From contig NC_000962.3 of assembly GCF_000195955.2 (NCBI RefSeq), positions 1,230,001-1,262,000 of the forward strand: DNA of 32,000 bases, in the 5' to 3' direction. Numbering within the stretch: the first letter of the stretch is position 1; every line of letters starts with the position of its first letter. This document shows positions 16,152 through 24,629 of this stretch, in pieces. The notes beneath the pieces are model-generated. The model was not told the origin of the DNA and made no database searches. It saw only the letters and a list, made by a program, of their open reading frames with translations. The stretch comes from Mycobacterium tuberculosis H37Rv. Lineage in GTDB: Bacteria > Actinomycetota > Actinomycetes > Mycobacteriales > Mycobacteriaceae. Position numbers and translations under genes: made by a program.

Positions 16152-17052
16152 GTCGCCTGACGAAGTCCACCACGACGTCGGTGAACGCGTCGTTGTCGTC
16201 GCCGGCGGCGGTGCGCCCCGCGTTGGACAATTCGACGAACTCCGCGTTGGGCACCTTGGCCAGGAAGTCCCGGGCACCGTCGGAACTGACCACGTCGGAC
16301 AGCTTTCCGCGAATCAACAGGACCGGGATCGTCAGGCCCATGGCAGCCCGTTCGAAGTTCTCGGTGCGCAGCTGCGGGTCGTGCCCCGGCGCGGTCATCA
16401 TGGCCGGATCCCAGTGCCAGTGCCAGCGTCCGTCTCGCAGGCGCAGATTCCTCTTCAGGCCCTCGGGACTGCGCGGCTTGTCGCGGTGCGGCAGATACTC
16501 GGCGACTGCGTCGGCGGCTTCCTCGAGCGAACCGAAGCCGTCGATGTTGCCCAGCATGAAGTCCCGGATACGGGCGTTGCCCTCCTTCTCGTAACGCGGC
16601 ACCACGTCGACCAATACCAGTCCGTTCACCGTCTGCGGACCGGCGCGCTCGGCGACCAGGATGCCAGTCAGTCCGCCCATGCTGGCCTCGACCACCACCA
16701 CACGGCGGCCGATCGCCTCGACGACGTGTAGCACATCGGTGGTCGGGGTCTCCACGGCATAGTCGGCGCCGGGAGCGCGGTCGCTGTCACCGGGTCCGCG
16801 GGTGTCCAGCGCAACGACGTGGTGCCCCTCGTCGGCCAGGATCTGGCCGGTGTTTTTCCAGGAAAACCGGTTTTGGCCGCCACCGTGCAACATCAGGATC
16901 GTCGGCCGATCGGCCGCTGCGGCGCCCCGATTCCACTCGTCGGCGACCAGGGTAATCCCACGAGCACCGGAAAACGCGACCGCTTGGGGACTGCTGCTCA
17001 CGGCGCTCACGGGTCCTGACGTTACCTTGCTGGGCACGCGCCAAATCGTCAT
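16144..17052 (-). CDS. bpoB: Alpha/beta hydrolase (non-haem peroxidase/BpoB-type)
   Basis: Reads ...ILMLHGGGQNRFSWKN...VVVVEASMGGLTG (nucleophile elbow) ...AGRTAAGDDNDAF. I chose the ATG at 17052 (302 aa); the longest ORF starts at 17079. Its 3' end overlaps the gnd2 3' end by 8 nt. Confidence 0.85.
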   Translation of the reverse strand: MTIWRVPSKVTSGPVSAVSSSPQAVAFSGARGITLVADEWNRGAAAADRPTILMLHGGGQNRFSWKNTGQILADEGHHVVALDTRGPGDSDRAPGADYAVETPTTDVLHVVEAIGRRVVVVEASMGGLTGILVAERAGPQTVNGLVLVDVVPRYEKEGNARIRDFMLGNIDGFGSLEEAADAVAEYLPHRDKPRSPEGLKRNLRLRDGRWHWHWDPAMMTAPGHDPQLRTENFERAAMGLTIPVLLIRGKLSDVVSSDGARDFLAKVPNAEFVELSNAGRTAAGDDNDAFTDVVVDFVRRLS

Positions 17053-17126
17053 CGCCGACCTGGAGGATGCGGTGATCAAGGTGCCCTAGCTACTGGCCTC
17101 TTGGGTTCCGCCGGTTACGTTGGACC

Positions 17127-18077
17127 ATGCGGGCTGGACGCGGCGAACGGGAGTCAACATGGCGGACGACAATGGCTGAACCACACTGGATTGACGTGAA
17201 GGGTCCCAACGGCGACCTGAAAGCCTTGACCTGGGGGCCGGCCGGCGCGCCAGTTGCGTTGTGCTTGCACGGCTTTCCGGATACCGCCTACGGGTGGCGC
17301 AAGGTCGCACCCCGGCTGGCCGAGTCCGGCTGGCACGTCGTGGCGCCGTTCATGCGTGGTTATGCGCCGTCTTCGATTCCGGCCGACGGCAGCTATCACG
17401 TCGGTGCGTTGATGCACGACGCCCTGCGGGTGCGCTCGGCTGCCGGTGGCACCGAGCGCGATGTGATCATCGGCCACGACTGGGGCGCGATCGCCGCTAC
17501 CGGCCTGGCCGCCATGCCCGACAGCCCGTTTGCCAAGGCGGTGATCATGTCGGTGCCGCCGTCGGCGGCATTTCGCCCGCTGGGCCGGGTGCCCGAGCGT
17601 GGCCGGTTGCTGCGTGAGTTGCCGCATCAGCTGCTGCGCAGCTGGTACATCCTGTACTTCCAGTTGCCCTGGCTGCCGGAGCGATCCGCCTCCTGGGTGG
17701 TGCCGCTGCTGTGGCGGCGTTGGTCGCCGGGCTATCACGCCGAGGAAGACCTGCGGCATGTCGACGCCGCGATCGGGACGCCGGAGGGCCGGCGGGCGGC
17801 CTTGGGACCGTATCGCGCCACCATGCGCAACACCCGGGCCCCGGCGGACTATGCCGACTTGAATCGGCTGTGGACCGAGGCGCCGAAGCTGCCGGTTCTG
17901 TACCTGCATGGCCACGACGATGGCTGTGCCACATCGGCATTCACTCATTGGACGGCAAGGGTGTTGCCCGCCGGCAGTGAGGTGGCCGTAGTGGAACACG
18001 CCGGGCACTTCTTGCAGCTCGAGCAGCCGGACAAGATTGCAGAGTTGATCGTGGCGTTCATTGGCTCACCCGGCTGA
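17127..18077 (+). CDS. ephC: Epoxide hydrolase (alpha/beta hydrolase)
   Basis: HGFP oxyanion motif (LCLHGFPDTAYGW), nucleophile motif IIGHDWGAIAA, and C-terminal GHFLQLEQP. An alternative start at ATG 17172 (MAEPHWIDV) is plausible. Confidence 0.88.
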   Translation: MRAGRGERESTWRTTMAEPHWIDVKGPNGDLKALTWGPAGAPVALCLHGFPDTAYGWRKVAPRLAESGWHVVAPFMRGYAPSSIPADGSYHVGALMHDALRVRSAAGGTERDVIIGHDWGAIAATGLAAMPDSPFAKAVIMSVPPSAAFRPLGRVPERGRLLRELPHQLLRSWYILYFQLPWLPERSASWVVPLLWRRWSPGYHAEEDLRHVDAAIGTPEGRRAALGPYRATMRNTRAPADYADLNRLWTEAPKLPVLYLHGHDDGCATSAFTHWTARVLPAGSEVAVVEHAGHFLQLEQPDKIAELIVAFIGSPG

Positions 18078-18081
18078 AGTC

Positions 18082-19326
18082 GTGGCCGGGCACCGGATGG
18101 CGGCCGTCGACGCGCAGTTCTACTGGATGTCGGCCAAAGTCCCCAACGACCAGTTCCTGCTGTATGCGTTCGATGGTGAACCCACCGATCTGGAACGTGC
18201 CGTCGCGCAGGTCTACCGTCGAGCCCGTGGGTGTCCGGGCTTAGGGATGCGAGTTCAGGACCGTGGTGCTCTGGCCTACCCGCAGTGGGTGCCCACACCC
18301 GTGCAACGTGACCAACTGGTCTGCCACGACCTGGCCGATCGCAGCTGGCAAGGTTGTCTGGCGGCCGTTGTCGGCCTCGCCAGCAAGCAGCTGGATATGC
18401 GCCGGATGCCCTGGCGGCTGCACGTGTTCACCCCGGTGCACGACGTTCCGGGCGTCAGCGGCCTCGGCACCGTCGCCGTCATGCAGTTCGCGCATGCGCT
18501 GGGCGACGGCGCGCGGGCTTCGGCGATGGCCGCGTGGCTGTTCGGCCGGCCGGCCGCGGTTCCCGAAATAGCCAGGTCGCGTGCGGGTTTCCTGCCGTGG
18601 CGGGCCGCCCATGCGGCCCGCGCTCATCTCCGACTGGTTCGTGATACCAATGCCGGGCTGGTAGCGCCAGGTGTCGGATCCCGGCCGCCGCTGTCCACGA
18701 ATGCCCGCCCCGAAGGTGTCCGCGCGGTGCGCACCCTGCTGCGGCGGCGCTCGCAACTAGCCGGTCCCACGGTGACCGTCACGGTGCTCGCCGCGGTGTC
18801 CACCGGGCTGTTGGGTCTGCTTGGCGGGGATGTGGACACGCTAGGCGCCGAAGTACCCATGGCCAAACCGGGTGTGCCACGGTCATATAACCACTTCGGC
18901 AACGTTGTCGTTGGGCTGTACCCGCGGCTGGAGCCGGATGAGCGGGTGCGGCGGATCGCAACCGATTTGGCCAACGCTCGCCGTCGCTTTGAACATCCGG
19001 CGATGCTCTCCGCTGACCGGGCCTTTGCGGCGGTACCGGCGGCGCTGCTGCGTTGGGGCGTATCGCAGTTCGACGCTGAGGTGCGGCCGGTGCGGGTGGC
19101 CGGCAATACCGTGGTGTCCAGTGTTTATCGCGGGGCTGCCGATCTGAGCTTCGGGGACGCTCCGGTGGTGCTGACGGCCGGGTATCCGGCGCTGTCGCCG
19201 GCGATGGGTCTAACCCATGGCGTGCACGGCATCGGTGATACCGTCGCGATCAGTGTGCACGCGGCCGAGTCTGCGGTGTCTGACATCGACGCCTACATGC
19301 GGCTGCTGGACGCGGCTCTGCAGTGA
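18082..19326 (+). CDS. WS/DGAT-like (wax ester synthase/acyl-CoA:diacylglycerol acyltransferase family) protein with a variant active-site motif
   Basis: N-terminus AAVDAQFYWMSAKVPNDQFLLYAF, then PWRLHVF and VAVMQFAHALGDGARA (AHxxxDG where the family has HHxxxDG). Start is GTG 18082 or GTG 18061. Confidence 0.75.
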   Translation: MAGHRMAAVDAQFYWMSAKVPNDQFLLYAFDGEPTDLERAVAQVYRRARGCPGLGMRVQDRGALAYPQWVPTPVQRDQLVCHDLADRSWQGCLAAVVGLASKQLDMRRMPWRLHVFTPVHDVPGVSGLGTVAVMQFAHALGDGARASAMAAWLFGRPAAVPEIARSRAGFLPWRAAHAARAHLRLVRDTNAGLVAPGVGSRPPLSTNARPEGVRAVRTLLRRRSQLAGPTVTVTVLAAVSTGLLGLLGGDVDTLGAEVPMAKPGVPRSYNHFGNVVVGLYPRLEPDERVRRIATDLANARRRFEHPAMLSADRAFAAVPAALLRWGVSQFDAEVRPVRVAGNTVVSSVYRGAADLSFGDAPVVLTAGYPALSPAMGLTHGVHGIGDTVAISVHAAESAVSDIDAYMRLLDAALQ

Positions 19327-19329
19327 AAA

Positions 19330-19935
19330 CTACTGGGCATCACCGGATTTAGCCGCTTCGTCTCGTGTCAGCCCGACGGCCTGGATCAGCTCCTCGTGTA
19401 GTTCGAACCACACGGTGTGGTAGGAGTCGATGAGTGGGCGCGTCAGCCAGGCGATGTCGCCCGCTTTGACCTTGTCCAGCGCCGCACGCAATTTCACCGG
19501 GTACCTGCTCAACCGCGGCAGCTGCATGGCCACCGTACCGATGATCGGGCCCACCCGCCGGTGTACGCCATCGAGGCGGGACAGCACCGCGGCGTCGTAT
19601 TCGGCGTCGTCGTGTGTGTTAGGCTTTTCGCCCTTGAGCTGCCAGTCGGTGACCAGCCTCTTGAAATCGGCGTTGACGGAACGGAAATCGCGGTAAGCGG
19701 CAGCCAGCACGGTCGAATCGGCCCGGTTGCGCTCCTCGGCAAGCAAGTCGTCGAGCCTCATCCGGCCGCTGGGACTGATCCGCAACGGCGTGGCGTCGAC
19801 CAGGAGGCCGGCCGCGGTCAGCCTGTCGACGGTCGCGGCGACGTCGGCAAGGTCTTCACCCAAGGTCTGCGCCAGGTCGGTGGTGATCACCCGGCCCTTG
19901 AGCCGCACGGCCTGCAGTACCGTCAACTCGCTCAT
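19330..19935 (-). CDS. Hypothetical protein with an N-terminal winged-helix (MarR-like) segment, translationally coupled to the PPDK-like gene
   Basis: 201-aa ORF MSELTVLQAVRLKGRVITTDLAQTLGEDLADVAATVDRLTAAGLLVD... Its ATG overlaps the upstream stop (ATGA at 19932-19935). Confidence 0.8.
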   Translation of the reverse strand: MSELTVLQAVRLKGRVITTDLAQTLGEDLADVAATVDRLTAAGLLVDATPLRISPSGRMRLDDLLAEERNRADSTVLAAAYRDFRSVNADFKRLVTDWQLKGEKPNTHDDAEYDAAVLSRLDGVHRRVGPIIGTVAMQLPRLSRYPVKLRAALDKVKAGDIAWLTRPLIDSYHTVWFELHEELIQAVGLTRDEAAKSGDAQ

Positions 19936-21404
19936 GAACTGATCCGTTGCGCGATGTCGGCCAGCTCGCGCAACTCCGGCGTGTCACTTTCCGACCAGGC
20001 AGACAATGCCAGAACGCCTTGGCGCACTTCGCCTTCATAGCCGTCGACGGTGATCTCCTTGCCGGCCAGTGCCGCCGCGACCCCGGGACCGCAACCCACC
20101 ACGGCCACTCGACCGAGCTCGCGGCTAACCACCGCCGCATGACTGGCGGCACCCCCCACCTCGGTGACAATGCCTTGCGCGGCAAGCATGCCCATGACGT
20201 CCTCCGGTCTGGTGTGATCTCGCACCAAGATGACCGGCTCGCCCCGGTCCGCAGCGTCCAGCGCCTCGTCCACCTCGGTGTAGGCGGTCCCGGATACCAC
20301 GCCCGGGCAAGCGGGCAGGCCCTTGGCCAAAAGCGGTGCAGCCAACCGTGTTTCCGTCTGCAGCGACGGCCGTAGCAAAGTCTCGATGTGCGTCGGAGTC
20401 ACCCGGCGCAGTGTCTCGGTGTCGTCGATGAGTCCCTCGTGATGCAGTTGCAGCGCCAGTCGCACGGCGGCCTGCGCCGAGCGTTCCGCCCCGCGGGTCT
20501 GCAGCAGCCACAGCTGGCTGTCCTCCACGGTGAATTCGATCTCCTGGACGTCGCCTGCCATGCGCTCCAAACTGCGGGCGGCCGCCATCAGTTGGTCGTA
20601 GACGGCCGGCTGCTGGTCGCGCAGGGCGGTGATCGGTGCGACGGCGACCAATCCGGACACCACGTCGTCGCCTTGGCCGCCGGGTAGCCATTCGCCGAAC
20701 GGTTCGTTGGCTCCGGTGATCGGGTTGCGTGAGGACAGCACCCCGGCGCCCGAGTTCGCGGTGAGGTTGCCGAATACCATCGCCTGCACCACCACCGCCG
20801 TACCGCCTTGGTCGTCGAGGCCGTGATGGTCGCGATAGGCAACGGCGCGAGGTGAGTTCCAGGAGGCGAATACCGCCTCGATGCTCGCGCGCAACTGGGC
20901 ATACGGGTCGTCGGTAATGGGACCGGCGCTGCCGACGATGCGCCGATACATGCTGGTGAATCGCCGTCTGGTGTCGTGGGCGAAGTCGGCGGCACCCGGC
21001 CTGGCAAGTACTCGTTCGACCGCGTCGGTCATGCCCACGTCCAGAATCGTGTCCATCATGCCGGGCATCGACTGGGTGGCTCCCGAGCGCACGCTGACCA
21101 GCAGCGGATTCGGGCCACGGCCGAACGTGCACGAGGTTTCTGTTTCCAGCCAGCTCATCCGATCCAGCACGTCATCCCAGATCGCGGCGATCGTGGATCC
21201 GGGCGCGGCGAGATAGCGCACGCCCACCTCGGTGGTAATGCAGAATGCAGGCGGCACCGGCAGATGGTGCCGGCGCATCATGTCGATGCCGTGGCCTTTG
21301 TTGCCCAGGATCTCGCGTGGGTAGTTCGCGCCGCCGTCCAGCGCCACAACGGCGTTTTCGAGAGTTCCGTCGGGGCAACCATTGGCTCGGGTGATACGAG
21401 TCAT
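19932..21404 (-). CDS. ppdK: Pyruvate,phosphate dikinase-like protein with ATP-grasp and phosphohistidine swivel domains only; the PEP/pyruvate-binding domain is absent
   Basis: 490 aa, with ...ILGNKGHGIDMM..., LLVSVRSGATQSMPGMMDTILDVG, IEFTVEDSQLWLLQTR and the catalytic His motif VGGAASHAAVVSRELG. The ORF stops about 60 aa after that motif. Confidence 0.88.
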   Translation of the reverse strand: MTRITRANGCPDGTLENAVVALDGGANYPREILGNKGHGIDMMRRHHLPVPPAFCITTEVGVRYLAAPGSTIAAIWDDVLDRMSWLETETSCTFGRGPNPLLVSVRSGATQSMPGMMDTILDVGMTDAVERVLARPGAADFAHDTRRRFTSMYRRIVGSAGPITDDPYAQLRASIEAVFASWNSPRAVAYRDHHGLDDQGGTAVVVQAMVFGNLTANSGAGVLSSRNPITGANEPFGEWLPGGQGDDVVSGLVAVAPITALRDQQPAVYDQLMAAARSLERMAGDVQEIEFTVEDSQLWLLQTRGAERSAQAAVRLALQLHHEGLIDDTETLRRVTPTHIETLLRPSLQTETRLAAPLLAKGLPACPGVVSGTAYTEVDEALDAADRGEPVILVRDHTRPEDVMGMLAAQGIVTEVGGAASHAAVVSRELGRVAVVGCGPGVAAALAGKEITVDGYEGEVRQGVLALSAWSESDTPELRELADIAQRISS

Positions 21405-21447
21405 GGGCACCCCTTGATGCTACTTATGGGCAACGCCAGACCGCCCA

Positions 21448-21461
21448 CTGTGGGCCCACAG
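21448..21461. promoter_or_regulatory. Perfect 14-bp palindrome CTGTGGGCCCACAG upstream of the PPDK-like operon (candidate operator)
   Basis: Read directly from the sequence. It lies 44-57 nt upstream of the 21404 start codon on the minus strand. Confidence 0.3.
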
Positions 21462-21599
21462 GGGGCGCCTTGGTCAGCGGTCGGACTACTCAGCTTGTGT
21501 CTGGTGTTGGGCCTTACCCATGCTGCGAGACAACGCCGGCTGCCGGTGATGGTGGCTGGCGGCGTGGACAGCGCACCGGCCCAACGGCTTGGTTCGACC

Positions 21600-22990
21600 G
21601 GCTCCCCCGCCTAACGCTACGGGTCGCCTTCGTCGTCTGCCAGGAGCTTTTCCGGGTGATGGAACGTATTGACTCGAGGTTGGCCGTGGTCGAGATGTGG
21701 CGGCGGTAGCCACTCGGTGTCGCCGTGGGCGTTCTTGCGGGTCGTCCAGCCACGTTCGGCTAACGGATGATGGCCACCGCAGCCGAGTGTCAGGTCATTG
21801 ACGTCGGTGTTGCGGCACTGGGCGTACGGCGTGACATGATGGACTTCACAGTAATAGCCGGGCACGTCGCAACCAGGTGCGCTGCAGCCACTGTCCTTGG
21901 CGTACAACATAATTCGCTGCGCCGGGGAGGCCAGGCGCTTGGTGTGGTAGAGCGCCAGGGCCTTGCCTCGATCGAATATCGCGAGGTAGTGGTTTGCGTG
22001 GCGGGCCAGCCGGATCACATCCGATATGGGCAAGATCGTACCCCCGCCGGTGAGGCCCGCGCCGGCCGCGGCCTCCAAGTCCTTCAGCGTGGTGGTCACG
22101 ATGATGCTGGCCGGTAATCCGTTGTGCTGGCCCAGATTGCCACTTGTCAACAAACTACGTAATTCGGCGTTGAGCGCGTCGTGGTTCCGCTGTGGGCAGC
22201 TGCGGGTGTCTCGCCGCGCCTGCTCCTTCGAGGGCGCGCCGTTCACACACGGTGCCTTCTGCTCGGGGTTGCACATACCCGGGGCGGCCAGCTTGGCCCA
22301 CACCGCCTCGATAGTGGCGCGCAGCTCGGGGGTCACATATCCGCTGAGCCGCGACATCCCATCGACATCTTGCTTTCCTAACGTCAAGCCGCGGCGGCGG
22401 GCGCGGTCCTCGTCGGTGTAGTCGCCATCGGGGTTGAGGCAGTCCATGATCCGCGCGGCCAATTTGGCCAGCTGGTCGGGACGGTACTGGGTGGCCTGCT
22501 TAGCCAAGTCCCGTTCGGCCTTCTCCAGGGTCTTGAGGTCTACCCAGGATGGTAGGCGGTGCACGAAAGCACGGATTACTTCAACATGGCCGTCACCAAT
22601 TAACCCGTGGCGCTGTGCCTTTGCGGTGGCGGTGAGTAGCGGTGGCAGCGGCTCGCCGGTCAGCGCACGGCGCTGGCCAAGGTCGGCGGCCTCGGCCACT
22701 CGCCGCTTGGCCTCGCTGCGGGTGATGCGCAACCGGTCGGCCAGCGTCAATCCCAGCTTGCCGCCCAGCTCCTCCTCGGTGGATTGTTCGCCGATCTGAT
22801 TGATCAACGTGTGTTCGACGCTGGGCAGCTGGCGTCGCGCGGTCTCGCAGTGCTCCAGCAGCGCCAGGCGCTCCGGGGTGGTCAATGCGTCAAAGGTCAG
22901 CCCCAGCACGCGGGACAGCGCGGTAGCCAATGACGCGAAGGCCTCCGTGATCTCCTCCCGAGTGGAACACATGACTGAATGCTATGTGCA
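21600..22990 (-). repeat. REP13E12 dispersed repeat element (about 1.4 kb); boundaries approximate
   Basis: The whole CDS belongs to the multicopy REP13E12 family. With only one copy in this window I cannot define the edges. Confidence 0.5.
21617..22972 (-). CDS. REP13E12-family protein: DUF222 N-terminal region plus C-terminal HNH endonuclease
   Basis: 451-aa ORF with the HNH region [47 protein letters not shown]. The family is recognised as the multicopy 13E12 repeat of M. tuberculosis. Confidence 0.88.
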   Translation of the reverse strand: MCSTREEITEAFASLATALSRVLGLTFDALTTPERLALLEHCETARRQLPSVEHTLINQIGEQSTEEELGGKLGLTLADRLRITRSEAKRRVAEAADLGQRRALTGEPLPPLLTATAKAQRHGLIGDGHVEVIRAFVHRLPSWVDLKTLEKAERDLAKQATQYRPDQLAKLAARIMDCLNPDGDYTDEDRARRRGLTLGKQDVDGMSRLSGYVTPELRATIEAVWAKLAAPGMCNPEQKAPCVNGAPSKEQARRDTRSCPQRNHDALNAELRSLLTSGNLGQHNGLPASIIVTTTLKDLEAAAGAGLTGGGTILPISDVIRLARHANHYLAIFDRGKALALYHTKRLASPAQRIMLYAKDSGCSAPGCDVPGYYCEVHHVTPYAQCRNTDVNDLTLGCGGHHPLAERGWTTRKNAHGDTEWLPPPHLDHGQPRVNTFHHPEKLLADDEGDP

Positions 22991-23073
22991 GGCACCGACA
23001 ACAATGCTTGCCCAGAGCCTGCTGAAACCACAGTAATATAAGGGGTTTCGTTGTCTGCTGTGGCGTCGGGCGG

Positions 23074-24534
23074 TCAAACCGATTGCTCGGTCGACGAATA
23101 AGGCAAGCTGCTGCCCGCGTTCTCGTCGACCGCGACGCGACCACCGAGATAGGGGAACGCACGTTGGGCGCACGACGTTCGGTTGCAGATCTTGCAGCCC
23201 GCCCCGATCGGGACCTCCGTGCTCGGGTCGTCCAGGACGACACCGGTGGAGTAGACGAGTTTATGGGCGTGCGCGAGGTCGCAGCCCAGCCCGACCGCGA
23301 AGTTCTTGTGCGGGCCCAGATACCCGAGCCCGTCGGCAGCGGTGGTCTTGGCCACCCAGAAGTACGACCTGCCGTCGGGCATTTGCGCCACCTGGCGGAC
23401 GATCCTCTCTGGCTGGGCGAACGCGTCGTGGACCACCCACAGCGGGCAGCTGCCGCCGACCCGGCTGAAGTGAAACGCCGTCGCGGACTGTCGCTTTGAG
23501 ATGTTTCCGGCCTTGTCGGTGCGGACGAAGATGAACGGTATCCCTCGCTGCCGCGGGCGCTGCAGTGTGGAGAGCCGGTGGCAGACGGTTTCGAAGCCCA
23601 CTCCGAACCGGCGGCCCAGCAGGTCGATGTCATAGCGTAACTGCTCTGCGGCACGGTGGAATTCGCGGTAGGGGAGCAGGAAGGCGCCGGCGAAGTAGTT
23701 GGCCAGTCCGATGCGCGCGACGCCGCGGGCTTCGGTGCTGAGCTGGTCATCGGTGGCCACGATCGACGAGATCAGGTCTGACTGGCCCACCAGCGCCAGT
23801 TGGGTGGCGATCTGGAAGGCGCGCTGTCCGGGCATCAGCCAGTGGGCGACCCGAAGGACCTTGGTGTCGGGGTGGTAGCGGCGCTTGGCGGTGTCGGGCA
23901 GATTGTCATCGATCACCACCGAGATGCCGAACCGGTCCCGCATCAGCTCGGCCAGCTGGATGTCCAATCCGCCGGTCCGCATCCCGCTTTCGGTAAACAT
24001 CCGCTCCGCCGCCATGTCCAGGTCGTGGATGTAGTTGTTGCGGTCGTAGAAGAAGTCGCGGACCTCCTCGAACGGCATCGGCCGCGCGGGCGGTAGCTCG
24101 GTTTCGGCGGTCGCACGAGATCGGTAGCCCTCTAGTTCCTCGGTGGCGGCGCGCAACCGGCGGTGCACGGCAACCAGGCTGTGGCCGACCTCGGGCATCC
24201 GGGCGACGAATTCTTCGATCTGGGCGCCGCTGACCGCGTGCTCGACGCCGATGTCGGTGAAGACGTCGGACAGGTCGGCCACCAACCGTGCGTCGGAATC
24301 CGAGGAGAAATACTGCGCCGACAGGTCAAACCGCTCGGTAAGCAGAAGCAGCACGGGCACGGTGATGGGCCGCTGGTCATTCTCCAACTGGTTGACATAG
24401 CTTGTGGATAAGTCCAGGGCCTTGGCCAGCGCCACCTGGGTGAGCCCGCGCTCTTGACGTAACCGCCGCAGGCGGGCACCGGAAAACGTCCTCGAATACG
24501 TCCTAGCCACCGGTAAGACATTACTCCGCGTCAT
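23074..24534 (-). CDS. prpR: Propionate/methylcitrate regulator: XRE HTH plus ImmA/IrrE-like domain plus C-terminal Cys-rich (Fe-S) region
   Basis: [41 protein letters not shown], and a C-terminal cysteine cluster [18 protein letters not shown]. It is divergent from prpDC. I chose the ATG at 24534 (486 aa); the longest ORF starts at 24573. Confidence 0.88.
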   Translation of the reverse strand: MTRSNVLPVARTYSRTFSGARLRRLRQERGLTQVALAKALDLSTSYVNQLENDQRPITVPVLLLLTERFDLSAQYFSSDSDARLVADLSDVFTDIGVEHAVSGAQIEEFVARMPEVGHSLVAVHRRLRAATEELEGYRSRATAETELPPARPMPFEEVRDFFYDRNNYIHDLDMAAERMFTESGMRTGGLDIQLAELMRDRFGISVVIDDNLPDTAKRRYHPDTKVLRVAHWLMPGQRAFQIATQLALVGQSDLISSIVATDDQLSTEARGVARIGLANYFAGAFLLPYREFHRAAEQLRYDIDLLGRRFGVGFETVCHRLSTLQRPRQRGIPFIFVRTDKAGNISKRQSATAFHFSRVGGSCPLWVVHDAFAQPERIVRQVAQMPDGRSYFWVAKTTAADGLGYLGPHKNFAVGLGCDLAHAHKLVYSTGVVLDDPSTEVPIGAGCKICNRTSCAQRAFPYLGGRVAVDENAGSSLPYSSTEQSV

Positions 24535-24535
24535 G

Positions 24536-24553
24536 TTCGCAAAATTTGCAAAA
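24536..24553. promoter_or_regulatory. Tandem TTCGCAAAA / TTTGCAAAA boxes containing the palindrome TTTGCAAA (PrpR-type operator)
   Basis: Read directly: TTCGCAAAATTTGCAAAA sits between the divergent prpR and prpD. TTTGCAAA is, to my recollection, the reported PrpR recognition motif. Confidence 0.6.
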
Positions 24554-24629
24554 TGTGCCGGATCAGGACACAAAAGTACGCTTTTTCAGGGTCTTTTGTT
24601 GGTGTCCTGTGCTGCGTATGGTGCGGATT

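Noticed and set aside
17154-18008. 284-aa ORF antisense to ephC
   Set aside because: It is a shadow ORF. The + strand has the HGFP and GHDWG epoxide hydrolase motifs.
20125-21132. 335-aa ORF in an alternative minus-strand frame inside the PPDK-like gene
   Set aside because: It is extremely Arg/Gly-rich (RRR, GGG runs), characteristic of an off-frame read of GC-rich coding DNA. The PPDK frame carries the family motifs.
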